A stretch of DNA of 64,000 bases, taken from contig JBBTRV010000007.1 in NCBI GenBank assembly GCA_038065035.1, positions 2,382 to 66,381 on the forward strand, read 5' to 3'. Under the pieces are notes generated by a model. That model was not told the DNA's origin, ran no database searches, and saw only the letters and a program-made list of their open reading frames with translations. The position numbers were made by a program, and so were the translations under genes. The DNA comes from Patescibacteria group bacterium (GTDB lineage: Bacteria > Patescibacteriota > Minisyncoccia > UBA6257 > UBA9933). The first letter of the stretch is position 1; every line of letters begins with the position of its first letter. Shown here one piece after another: positions 9,432 through 18,346 of the stretch.

Positions 9432-9628
9432 GTAAATTTGAATTGACTTGGAAAAATTTCCAAAAGGAAGAGAACGAAAAAGAAATAATTGCGGAAGGTT
9501 TAGTAGTTATATTCTTTTTTTATTTTTTTCTTTCATTTGTTTCGTTTTGGCAGTTTCTAGAAGGCGATGTGCCATATTCTTCGTTTTGGCACGCCCCTTG
9601 GAAATGGATTTTAAATGCTATTCTTTAA
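9428..9628 (+). CDS. Small membrane protein, 66 aa
   Basis: SD AAGGAGG; ATGA coupling to the upstream ORF; one TM segment. Confidence 0.7.
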   Translation: MSKFELTWKNFQKEENEKEIIAEGLVVIFFFYFFLSFVSFWQFLEGDVPYSSFWHAPWKWILNAIL

Positions 9629-9642
9629 AGGGGGTGATAGAC

Positions 9643-9870
9643 GTGAGGGTATTGGTTGAAAAAGTTGCAAGAAGCGGGAAAACAGCCGAAATAGTTGAGA
9701 TAGAAGTCGGAAATGTTTTATTCCGTTTCTTCCGTTCTAAAAATGGCCGGATAGCTTTTTCAAAAAGTAAGCCCGGCGTTCAAGTTTATGATCCGGCTCA
9801 GTTGTGGGTGCCGGAGAATCTTTTTAAAAAAGCGTATCGCCAGGCGATCGCCATTCTTTCTCGTCAATAG
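9643..9870 (+). CDS. Hypothetical protein, 75 aa (GTG start)
   Basis: AAGGGGGTGA SD before GTG 9643, in the frame of track ORF 9448-9870. Confidence 0.65.
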   Translation: MRVLVEKVARSGKTAEIVEIEVGNVLFRFFRSKNGRIAFSKSKPGVQVYDPAQLWVPENLFKKAYRQAIAILSRQ

Positions 9871-9873
9871 ATT

Positions 9874-9917
9874 AAAAGGCTCGTTGGAGATTTTTTCCAG
9901 CGGGCCTTTTTTTATTT
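9874..9917. terminator. Probable bidirectional terminator
   Basis: AAAAGGCTCGTTGGA...TCCAGCGGGCCTTTT with T tract, between convergent genes. Confidence 0.8.
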
Positions 9918-11352
9918 ATTCTCCCTTGATAACTGCTAATGGCGTTAGGCGAGCAACCTTTTTTGATAAACCGGCTTGAGAGACGATTTCCACCACTTCA
10001 TCAACATTTTTGTAAGCCTGCGGCGCTTCTTCGGCAATGCCGCGCATTGAATAGCATTTTACCACAATGCCTTTTGATTCCAAATTTTTTATAATTTCTT
10101 TTCCGGATAAAGTTTTAATTGCTTGGTGGCGAGACATTGTTCTGCCGGCGCCATGGCAAGATGAATAAAAACTCTCTTTTCCTTCTTCGGTGCCGCGCAA
10201 AACATAAGAAGCTGTGCCCATTGAGCCGGGAATAATTACCGGTTGGCCGACAGAGCGGTATTTTTCTGGAATTTCCTGGTGATTTGGAGGGAAAGCGCGT
10301 GTGGCGCCTTTGCGGTGGACAAGTAATTCATCCTCTAATTTAGCAATGTTGTGCGCCACGTCATACAATACAGTTAACATTTGACCATTGACATTTGACA
10401 TTTGACCGTTAAAAACTTTTTTCCAAGATTGCCTTATATAATGTGTAATCATTTGTCTATTTGCCCAGGCGAAATTCGCTCCGCAAGCCATAGCTTTAAA
10501 AAATCTTTGGCCTTCAGGAGAATTAAACGGAGCGCAAGCGAGTTCTCTGTCCGGCAAATGAATATTGTATTTTGGCATTACCTGAAGCATCAAGCGGATA
10601 TAGTCAGTGGCGATTTGGTGTCCCAATCCGCGGGATCCGGTATGAATCATTATAACAACTTGATTTTTAAACAACCCGAAAATTTCAGCCGAGTTTTCAT
10701 CAAAAATTTCTTCCACTTTCTGAATTTCTAAAAAATGATTGCCGCTTCCGAGCGTGCCGACTTGGTCGCGGCCGCGGTTTTTGGCGGTTTGAGAAACTTC
10801 AGAAGCATCAGCCAATTCTAATTTTCCTTTTGATTCGCAATTTTCAGAGTCTTCTTTTTCGCCGTATCCTTGTTTTATTATTTCCTGCGCTCCGTTTTCC
10901 AAAATTTTATCCAGTTCCAGAATATTCAGTTTTTCTAAATGGCCTTTGCCTAAGCCGGACGGCACGGTTTTTTGGATTTCAGTCGCTAACTCATCAAGTT
11001 TATTTTTGATTTTATCAACAGAAATATCGGATTTTAACAATCTAACGCCGCAATTTTCGTCGTAGCCCACGGCGCCGGGCGAAATAATGCCGTCAGAAGC
11101 GTGGGTGGCAAAAACGCCGCCAATAGGCGAGCCGTAGCCTTCGTGGACATCGGGCATTACAAGGGCGTGTTTTTCAATTCCTTTAAGAGTGGTTAAATTG
11201 ACTAATTGCTCCAAGCTTTTGTCCTTGAAAACACTTTCCAGCATTTTTTCGCTGGCGTAAATCCGCGCCGGCACAGCCATATCACTTCGGAAAGATTTTG
11301 GTATTTCCCAGAGATAATTGTTAATTTTTATCAAATCTTTTTTAATAATCAT
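9916..11352 (-). CDS. rtcB: RNA-splicing ligase RtcB (archaeal-like long form)
   Basis: MPDVHEGYG.PIG, VGYD.NCG, GTLGSGNHF, HRKGAT, SSCHGAGR, EEAPQAYK. Start MIIKK at 11352, because the longer start lies inside a terminator. Confidence 0.95.
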   Translation of the reverse strand: MIIKKDLIKINNYLWEIPKSFRSDMAVPARIYASEKMLESVFKDKSLEQLVNLTTLKGIEKHALVMPDVHEGYGSPIGGVFATHASDGIISPGAVGYDENCGVRLLKSDISVDKIKNKLDELATEIQKTVPSGLGKGHLEKLNILELDKILENGAQEIIKQGYGEKEDSENCESKGKLELADASEVSQTAKNRGRDQVGTLGSGNHFLEIQKVEEIFDENSAEIFGLFKNQVVIMIHTGSRGLGHQIATDYIRLMLQVMPKYNIHLPDRELACAPFNSPEGQRFFKAMACGANFAWANRQMITHYIRQSWKKVFNGQMSNVNGQMLTVLYDVAHNIAKLEDELLVHRKGATRAFPPNHQEIPEKYRSVGQPVIIPGSMGTASYVLRGTEEGKESFYSSCHGAGRTMSRHQAIKTLSGKEIIKNLESKGIVVKCYSMRGIAEEAPQAYKNVDEVVEIVSQAGLSKKVARLTPLAVIKGE

Positions 11353-11400
11353 TTTTAAAAGTTTAAATCTTTGAAGTTTTAAAAACAAGGTAAAATAAAT

Positions 11401-11428
11401 AAAAAAATGGCGATGCCGAGGCATCGCC
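11401..11428 (-). terminator. Intrinsic terminator of the inserted cassette
   Basis: Minus strand GGCGATGC-ctcg-GCATCGCC-ATTTTTTT. Confidence 0.8.
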
Positions 11429-11448
11429 GAATAGATAAAAAGAGGTTT

Positions 11449-11628
11449 TTATTTCTTATTTCCCCAAAACAACAGGGATAAGAACTTATTTTCCCTTTCT
11501 GTTTTAACTGCTTTAAATGCAATATCTCTATTAATGGAATTGCATTTAAAGCAATCGTTTTCTGCCGCATCGCAAAGGCCAGCCGGGCCTTCGCAATACT
11601 TCGTGAGAATAGCTTCTTCTAGCGGCAT
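11449..11628 (-). CDS. Small four-Cys protein, 59 aa (MPLEEAILTKYCEGPAGLCDAAENDCFKCNS...)
   Basis: AAGGAGGTGA SD overlapping the upstream stop; C-x6-C-x6-C-x2-C; not in the ORF track. Confidence 0.65.
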   Translation of the reverse strand: MPLEEAILTKYCEGPAGLCDAAENDCFKCNSINRDIAFKAVKTERENKFLSLLFWGNKK

Positions 11629-11644
11629 TTTTTATATCACCTCC

Positions 11645-11875
11645 TTATTTGGAAATCTTCCTATACTGATTATGGATTAAGAAAAACGGCCAAAAGAAAA
11701 AGATTAATAACCCCATTAGAAGAATAATATTTTTTTCTTTTGGCGACATAAAAAATCTAACATTTCGAGTTGTAGTGAAAAAAAGTTTTCTTTCTGTCTC
11801 ATATTTATATTTTCTCGAAATTAATTCTCCGAGAATTATATAACATAAGACTCCTATCCAAAACACCCATTCCAT
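11645..11875 (-). CDS. Small two-TM membrane protein, 76 aa
   Basis: AAGGAGGTGA SD at 11881-11890 before MEWVFW. Confidence 0.7.
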   Translation of the reverse strand: MEWVFWIGVLCYIILGELISRKYKYETERKLFFTTTRNVRFFMSPKEKNIILLMGLLIFFFWPFFLIHNQYRKISK

Positions 11876-11939
11876 CTTTATCACCTCCTTATTTATTATT
11901 GTCAATTTAAATCAGTTTATATATTTAGCATATTTTTTA

Positions 11940-12377
11940 CTAAATGTCAAATACTAAATCAGTTTGCCATATTCGCTTTTTGCCATTTGCAATTTGCCGT
12001 ATATTAACATCCTGATAAGTGACAGCTTTAATATCTTCATCAAAACGAGTAACGGGATAGCCGGCAATTTCTGCCTCTAATTTTATTTTATCTTTATCAA
12101 TTTTTAATTTTTTTACTAGATAAATTTTTTTATTTATCTGGCTTATTGCTAGAATTTCACTCAAAAAATCAACAAGAAGCGAATTTACATCTGTAGATTT
12201 TATTTCTAATTTTTTAATTTTGTCCGCCAGCTGGCGGATTGATTTTTGATTTTTGAATTTTGAATTTAAAGCATTCGTCATTGCTTCTGAGGCATTACTA
12301 AATAATTCTTCAATTGTTTTGCCGTAAATCCGCAAGCGCAATTCAGCCGGATGAGATAAGATTTTATATTTTTTCAT
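11940..12377 (-). CDS. Archease (RtcB activator)
   Basis: YKILSHPAE..LRIYGKT.EELF, LLVDFLSE, IKAVTY, C-terminal FDI. Confidence 0.9.
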   Translation of the reverse strand: MKKYKILSHPAELRLRIYGKTIEELFSNASEAMTNALNSKFKNQKSIRQLADKIKKLEIKSTDVNSLLVDFLSEILAISQINKKIYLVKKLKIDKDKIKLEAEIAGYPVTRFDEDIKAVTYQDVNIRQIANGKKRIWQTDLVFDI

Positions 12378-13693
12378 TTAGATAAGTTAGTAAGCATGGC
12401 GCGAACTTCTTCTCTGTCATCAAAGTGAATAATTTTGTCTTTGAAAATCTGATAAGTTTCATGGCCTTTGCCGGCAATTAGCACGATATCATCTTTTTTG
12501 GCTAAAGAAATAGCTTTTTTTATTGCTTGTTTTCTGTCAACGATTTCGTATAAAATCTTATTCTTAATTCTTGATTCTGAATTTTGAATTCCTGATTTTA
12601 TCTGAGATAAAATCAGGTTTTGGTCTTCACTTCGCGGATTATCCGAAGTAATAATGACCTTGTTGGCTAGTTCGCTGGCAACAGCGCCCATTTTTGGCCT
12701 TTTTGATTTATCTCTGTCGCCGCCGCAGCCAAAAACAACTATTATTTTTTTCTTAGCTAAATTTTTTAGAAACATCAGCGCGTTTTTTAAAGAATCTTCC
12801 GTATGGGCGTAATCAACGAAAACCGTAAAATTTTGGCCTTCTTCAATGTTTTCCATCCGGCCGGGAACCGGCTTAACCGATTTCAGCACTTTTTTGATTT
12901 TTTCAATCGGGATGTTTTGAGATAAGCCAACGCAGATAGCTGCCGCGGCGTTATAAATGTTAAATTCTCCGATTAAAGACATTTCAAATTTTTCTTTATT
13001 AAAAGAAAAATTTGTGCCGTCAATTGTTAATTTGACATTAGAAATAATATTTAAATTTTGAATATTAATACGCTGTTTTTTATCGGGATTTAAAGCATAA
13101 AAACAGCGATTTTTTATTTTTGGCCTTAAAAAATATTTGGTATTTTCGTCGTCTAAATTATAAACTCCCACAGAGTTTTCTTTTTGGGCGACTTTTTCAA
13201 ATAACTTTATTTTGGCGTCGCGATAATTTTCAAAGCTGCCGTGGTGTTCAATATGCTCCGGAGAGAGGTTAGTAAAAACTGCGGCACTGTAATTAATAAA
13301 ACGATGGCGGAATTGTAAAATGCCTTCAGAAGAAGTTTCTATTACCGCGTAAACGCAATTTTCTCTTGCCATTTGAGAAAGCAGTTTCTGAAGCTTAAAT
13401 CTGCCAAGCATTGTTTTGCCTTCTTTATTCAACCATTCTTCATCACCGATTTTAAAATTAACCGTGGTGGCTAAGCCGGTTTTATAACCGCTGGAATTTA
13501 AAATGTGGTGAATTAAATTAGAAGTCGTGCTTTTGCCCTTGGTGCCGGTTACGCCAATAACAAGCATTTTTTCAGAAGGAAAGCCGTAGATGAAAGCAGC
13601 TGAGGCCGCTAAAAAATAATGATATGCCGGCTGCAATTTTTTATAAATTGATTTTGGAATTATTTTTTCAAAAAAACGAAGAAGCTTTTCCAT
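12374..13693 (-). CDS. murE: UDP-N-acetylmuramoyl-tripeptide synthetase
   Basis: GVTGTKGKSTT, ETSSEG, VDYAHT, FGCGGDRD..KR, DNPRSE, AGKGHE. Confidence 0.93.
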   Translation of the reverse strand: MEKLLRFFEKIIPKSIYKKLQPAYHYFLAASAAFIYGFPSEKMLVIGVTGTKGKSTTSNLIHHILNSSGYKTGLATTVNFKIGDEEWLNKEGKTMLGRFKLQKLLSQMARENCVYAVIETSSEGILQFRHRFINYSAAVFTNLSPEHIEHHGSFENYRDAKIKLFEKVAQKENSVGVYNLDDENTKYFLRPKIKNRCFYALNPDKKQRINIQNLNIISNVKLTIDGTNFSFNKEKFEMSLIGEFNIYNAAAAICVGLSQNIPIEKIKKVLKSVKPVPGRMENIEEGQNFTVFVDYAHTEDSLKNALMFLKNLAKKKIIVVFGCGGDRDKSKRPKMGAVASELANKVIITSDNPRSEDQNLILSQIKSGIQNSESRIKNKILYEIVDRKQAIKKAISLAKKDDIVLIAGKGHETYQIFKDKIIHFDDREEVRAMLTNLSK

Positions 13694-13711
13694 AAAGGTT
13701 TTAATTATTGA

Positions 13712-15055
13712 TTATATATCAAGATATTTTAACGGGTCTATGTCGCCGCCGACTGGCAAGGGTCCACAAACGCGTGAGCTTCTGGTGCCTTCATAAAAAC
13801 CTGGAGTGGCTGGTGGAATAGTATTGGTGGCGTAAACCACAAAATGAAGATGGGGCCCGGTTGAAAGGCCGGTGTTGCCGCTGTAGCCGATAATTTGCCC
13901 TTTTTCCACTTTATCGCCGACATTAACAATCCAGCGCGAAAGATGGGCATATAATGTGGTTAAATTATTTTCATGTTTTACCATTACGAATTTTCCGTAA
14001 GCGGCTTTATAACAAGTTCTTTTGCCGTTAACGCGGTAATTATCCTGATCGCCGACCGCGATAATAGTGCCGGTTTCAGCGGCTAATAAAGGCGTGCCGA
14101 TAGGCGCGCCAAAATCCAAGCCATTGTGGTATCTTTTGCCTCGATTTCTGGTAAAGCCGTGTTTCTGTTCGGAACTAAATGTTCCGCGCGCCGGCGGAAT
14201 TTGTATAGGCAATCCTAAAACTCCGGGCCGTGGAATTGGCAAAAGCGTCGGGTCAATTTTCAACCGCAGCTCTTCTTCAAAAATGTCTATTTCTTCAGCA
14301 ATTTCATCCTGCAGTTTTTTCAGTTCTGAAAGTTTTTGCTGGTAGCTTTTTTCCTGGTTTTTAGTTTGTTCCAAAAGATATTGCTTGTCCTTTTTAATGT
14401 CTTCGGAAATTGATTTTTTATTTTTCAGATTAACGGCTTCATTTTCTTTCTCGGTTTTTTTTCCGGCGAGATCGTCTTTTTTTTGTTCTAAGTCGTCTTT
14501 AAGAATTTGCATTTCTGTCACTTCTTTCGTCAATGTTAATGACAAACTATTTAAGCTTTGCGCTTCAAATATGCTTTCCGCCAAATTTTTATTTTTCAAA
14601 AAAATAGTCAAAGGCGTTTCATCTTCTTTTTTCTGGAGTTTTATTAAAGTTGAGGCAATTGCTTCTTTTTGGGAATTAATTTTATTTTCAGTATCTTCAA
14701 TATCATAAGAAACAGATTCAACTTCAAGTTTTAAGCGGTCAATCAATATTTCGCTGGCTTTGATATTAAGAGTTATTTGATTAAGGCGAGTATCAACATT
14801 AGTAATTTCTTTTTTTAGAGTTTTTCCTTCTTCTTTGGTTTCTTCAAGGTTTTTTTGAGTTTCAGAGATTTGCGCGTTGATTTTTTTCAACTCCTCGGCT
14901 TTTTCGGAAATAGATGATTTAAGTTCTTCGGGAGTAGCGCCTTTTGCTATTTGGCGAGAGAAAATCCGAAATCTGAAATCCGAAATACTAAATAAATTCA
15001 AAATTATAAACAAAAATAAAAACAGAAATATAATATTTTTTTTATTAGTAATCAT
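13712..15055 (-). CDS. Coiled-coil plus M23 peptidase (EnvC-like murein hydrolase/activator)
   Basis: Signal anchor, long coiled coil, HNGLD, YAHLS, TGPHLHF. Confidence 0.88.
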   Translation of the reverse strand: MITNKKNIIFLFLFLFIILNLFSISDFRFRIFSRQIAKGATPEELKSSISEKAEELKKINAQISETQKNLEETKEEGKTLKKEITNVDTRLNQITLNIKASEILIDRLKLEVESVSYDIEDTENKINSQKEAIASTLIKLQKKEDETPLTIFLKNKNLAESIFEAQSLNSLSLTLTKEVTEMQILKDDLEQKKDDLAGKKTEKENEAVNLKNKKSISEDIKKDKQYLLEQTKNQEKSYQQKLSELKKLQDEIAEEIDIFEEELRLKIDPTLLPIPRPGVLGLPIQIPPARGTFSSEQKHGFTRNRGKRYHNGLDFGAPIGTPLLAAETGTIIAVGDQDNYRVNGKRTCYKAAYGKFVMVKHENNLTTLYAHLSRWIVNVGDKVEKGQIIGYSGNTGLSTGPHLHFVVYATNTIPPATPGFYEGTRSSRVCGPLPVGGDIDPLKYLDI

Positions 15056-15064
15056 TAAGGGTGT

Positions 15065-15646
15065 TTATCTTTTTGATAATAATTTAAGCGCCACCTTGAG
15101 CCGTTCTTCTATTTTTTTTATTTTTGCGGGGATTTGCCTTATGGTGTCTTTGATTTCAACGTGTTTATAGCCGAGATTTTTAAGCACTTTCTCAATGTCT
15201 TCGTCGGTTTCCACCATGGTAAGCACTTCTTCATTTTGTTTAGCTCTTATTTTGCCGGTTAATTCCAAGATTATCCGATGGGCGGTTTTTTTGCCAAGTC
15301 CGGCGGATTTTATTAAAAGGTCGGCCCGACCTTCGTTAATAATAGACGAAAAATTTTCGGTTTTTATCGCGTTGATTACTTTTAAGGCGATTTTCGGACC
15401 AATGCCGTTAATAGTATTCAATATCTCAAAAATTTCCAAGTCATCTGTTTTTAAGAAGCCGTAAAGCTCTAGCCCTTCTTGCTGGCGGATATTGGTATAG
15501 CAAAACAGCCGGATTTTTGAGTTTATTTTCGGCAGCTGTCGGAAAGTTTTTAAGGAAATGAATATTTTAAAGCCAATACCGTTGGCTTCAATTACCGCGA
15601 ATTGCGGTTTTTTGACAACGATTTTACCGGAAACAGAATAAATCAT
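15065..15646 (-). CDS. ruvA: Holliday junction branch migration protein RuvA
   Basis: IEANGIGF, LYGF, GIGPKIAL, GLGKKTA.RIILEL, LGY. Confidence 0.95.
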   Translation of the reverse strand: MIYSVSGKIVVKKPQFAVIEANGIGFKIFISLKTFRQLPKINSKIRLFCYTNIRQQEGLELYGFLKTDDLEIFEILNTINGIGPKIALKVINAIKTENFSSIINEGRADLLIKSAGLGKKTAHRIILELTGKIRAKQNEEVLTMVETDEDIEKVLKNLGYKHVEIKDTIRQIPAKIKKIEERLKVALKLLSKR

Positions 15647-15709
15647 AATAAAAGGCGCTTTTTAACGCTTATTATTATTTTAAGCCATTATTGTTGACAG
15701 AGCAAATAA

Positions 15710-15838
15710 AAAATGTAAAATGTAAATATCAAATATCAAAATGACAATTTAAAATTTAAAGTGAATAAATAATAAAATTATTTTATTTTTTGTTAATTTT
15801 TACATTTTAATATGTTATTTTGCATTTTGATTTTTAAA
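15710..15838. repeat. Intergenic degenerate 7-nt tandem repeats followed by an inverted counterpart
   Basis: AAATGTA AAATGTA AATATCA AATATCA AAATGAC... then TTTTACATTTT...TGCATTTTGATTTT. Confidence 0.7.
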
Positions 15839-15846
15839 CTTCTATC

Positions 15847-16101
15847 ATGCCAAAAATTCAATCAGCTAAAAAAGCCCTTCGCCAGAATATTAAGCGAAGA
15901 AAAGCGAATGTTAAAAAGAAAACCGAGTTAAAATCGGCTATTAAGCAATATAGAAAATTGGCTTCTGAAAATAAGGAAGAAGCGAAAAAATACTTGCCGC
16001 AAGTTTACAAAAAACTGGATAAATCGGCAAAAGTGAATCTGATTAAAAAAAATAAAGCTTCAAGATTGAAATCGAGATTAAACAAATTGTTAAAAACATA
16101 A
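15847..16101 (+). CDS. rpsT: 30S ribosomal protein S20
   Basis: MP.IQSAKKALRQ...LDKSAK..LIKKNKASRLKSRL. Confidence 0.95.
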   Translation: MPKIQSAKKALRQNIKRRKANVKKKTELKSAIKQYRKLASENKEEAKKYLPQVYKKLDKSAKVNLIKKNKASRLKSRLNKLLKT

Positions 16102-16122
16102 TCAGGAATACAGGCATCATTT

Positions 16123-18309
16123 ATGAAAAAAATACTTATTGGTTTATTTATTTTATCCGTTTTAATTATTAGCCAATTGACTGTTTTTGCGCAATCTTTT
16201 GATTGTCAATCCGATAAATTGATTTATATCAAGTATGGCCAGATTGGTGAAGAGGTAAAAAATTTTCAATCTTGCCTTATTAAATTCGGTTTTAATATTC
16301 AAGCTGGCGCCACCGGTTATTACGGCAAACAAACCCTTCAGGCGGTTAGCAATTTTTATAAGGCGTGGTATGGTAAATGGCATGGCAATTGGATAGGGCC
16401 AGCAGGCATTCAAAGATTAAAAACTCTTTTGTCTTACAGGCCGGTTTCCGGACAATTAGCAATTAAACCTTTTGAATCAAAAGACGATTTTCAAAATTAT
16501 TTTATATTAGCTTCAAAGGAAGAAGGATATTTAAGCAGAGGAATTACTTTAGATGCCTCAATTCAAAATTTAAGATCGCCGGTTTTGGGATTGCCTGGCG
16601 CAACGCCAATGGCAGCGGAGTCAGTAGCAGCCGCAAGGATTTCTGAGACTACGGTTCAGGTTAAAGGAATTGATGAGCCGGACATTGTGAAAACTGATGG
16701 TAAGAATATTTATTTTTCAAGAGAATCCTGGTATGTATTGCCTTTAATGAGTCCTGGCGTTGAAGGATTAATGCCGCCAATTTCCGGGCAATCATCTCAG
16801 ACAAAAATTATTAAATCATTTCCGCCAGCTGATTTATCTTTAGTATCTGACATTGATAGGACAGGCACTCTTCTTTTGTTGAAAGATAAGAATATTTTGG
16901 TAATTTTCAGCAACAATGAAATTTTTGGTTATGATATTTCAAATGAAAAAAATCCTCAAAAAAAATGGGAGATGAAACTTCAAAATTCTTCTTTTCTTGG
17001 CGCCAGATTGTATGGGGATAAGATTTATTTAACTTCCAGAAATTGGATCAGCGTTGATATTTCTTGTCCAATCAAACCGCTGATTTTAAATAATCGGGAG
17101 ATTAGTATTGATTGCCGGGAAATTTATCATCCTACCATTGTTTTGCCGGTTGACGCCGTATATAACGTTATGGCATTAAATCCTCAAACTGGCGAAATTA
17201 TCCAAAAAACTTCTTTTGTCGGCTCTTCCAGCAATTCTGTTCTATATGTTTCGCTTAATAATCTTTATTTAACTTATTCTTACCAGGACAATCCTTCAAA
17301 ATTCATTATTAATTTCTTTATTGAAAAAACAAAAGATTTATTGCCGAGCGTCATACTGGAAAAATTGAAGAAATTAGAAACTTATGAAATAAGCGATGGC
17401 GCTCGCTTATTGGAAATGGAAATAATTCTGAAAGATTATCAACGCTCTTTGGATAGCGACGCAAGATTGAGAATAGAAAATGAGCTTGCTAATCGTTTGA
17501 AAGATTACCAGAAAGAATATAAAAGAGAGATTGAAAAAACCGGTATTGTCAGGCTTAATTTAGATAATTTTGATTTGAAAACAGTGGGTACGACCCCCGG
17601 TTATCCTTTAAATCAATTTTCACTTGATGAATATAATGACAGCTTAAGAATTGCTACGACTATCGGCGAAAGAGGCAGGGGTTTTGGCTGGGCGATTGGC
17701 CAAGAAAGCGTTAATGATGTTTATGTTTTGGATAAGGATTTGAAAATTGCTGGCTCGGTTCAAGACCTCGGCAAGGGAGAAAGAATTTATTCAGTAAGAT
17801 TTATTGAAGACAAGGGATATGTGGTGACATTTAGGCAGGTTGATCCATTTTATGTTTTAGATTTGTCTAATCCCTTGAATCCTCAGCTGAAGGGTGAGTT
17901 AAAAATTCCCGGATATTCTTCTTATCTTCATCCCATTACCAAAGATAAAATCTTAGGCATTGGCATGGAAAGCGGCAATGTGAAGGTTTCTTTATTTGAT
18001 GTCAGTTCTCCGACTAGCCCAACTGAAAAAGCCAAATATGACCTTAAAGAGGACTGGTCGGAAGTTTTGAATAATTTCCACGCGTTTTTGCTCGATGATA
18101 AGCACCAGATTTTCTTTTTGCCGGCATCAAACGGCGGCTATATTTTCTCTTACAAAGACGACAAATTATCTTTGGTGAAAGCCATCAGCGATTTTGCGGT
18201 TAAAAGAGCAATTTACCTTGATGATTATCTTTATGTAATCAGCGAAAATAAAATCGCGGTTTTTGATGAGACGAATTGGAATAAAGTAAAAGAGCTGGAA
18301 TTAAAGTAA
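16123..18309 (+). CDS. Secreted protein with N-terminal peptidoglycan-binding-like domain and C-terminal beta-propeller domain
   Basis: Signal peptide, GEEVK..Q..L...TGYYG.QT, VQVKGIDEPDIVKTDG, NQFSLDEY, ERIYSVRF, VTFRQVDP, GELKIPGYSSYLHP. Confidence 0.85.
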   Translation: MKKILIGLFILSVLIISQLTVFAQSFDCQSDKLIYIKYGQIGEEVKNFQSCLIKFGFNIQAGATGYYGKQTLQAVSNFYKAWYGKWHGNWIGPAGIQRLKTLLSYRPVSGQLAIKPFESKDDFQNYFILASKEEGYLSRGITLDASIQNLRSPVLGLPGATPMAAESVAAARISETTVQVKGIDEPDIVKTDGKNIYFSRESWYVLPLMSPGVEGLMPPISGQSSQTKIIKSFPPADLSLVSDIDRTGTLLLLKDKNILVIFSNNEIFGYDISNEKNPQKKWEMKLQNSSFLGARLYGDKIYLTSRNWISVDISCPIKPLILNNREISIDCREIYHPTIVLPVDAVYNVMALNPQTGEIIQKTSFVGSSSNSVLYVSLNNLYLTYSYQDNPSKFIINFFIEKTKDLLPSVILEKLKKLETYEISDGARLLEMEIILKDYQRSLDSDARLRIENELANRLKDYQKEYKREIEKTGIVRLNLDNFDLKTVGTTPGYPLNQFSLDEYNDSLRIATTIGERGRGFGWAIGQESVNDVYVLDKDLKIAGSVQDLGKGERIYSVRFIEDKGYVVTFRQVDPFYVLDLSNPLNPQLKGELKIPGYSSYLHPITKDKILGIGMESGNVKVSLFDVSSPTSPTEKAKYDLKEDWSEVLNNFHAFLLDDKHQIFFLPASNGGYIFSYKDDKLSLVKAISDFAVKRAIYLDDYLYVISENKIAVFDETNWNKVKELELK

Positions 18310-18346
18310 TTTTATTGTGTCTTCTCAAAAAGAGTGCGAAAAGTGA

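Noticed and set aside
9245-9463. Minus-strand 72-aa ORF and the long start of 9448-9870
   Set aside because: SD-led plus-strand ORFs at 9297, 9428 and 9643 explain the region better
11353-11570. rtcB extension to 11424 and ORF 11379-11570
   Set aside because: Both run through the terminator at 11401-11428; the SD supports 11449-11628 instead
15710-15838. CRISPR array interpretation of this and other periodic tracts
   Set aside because: Units are 7-9 nt with no unique spacers, and no cas genes are present
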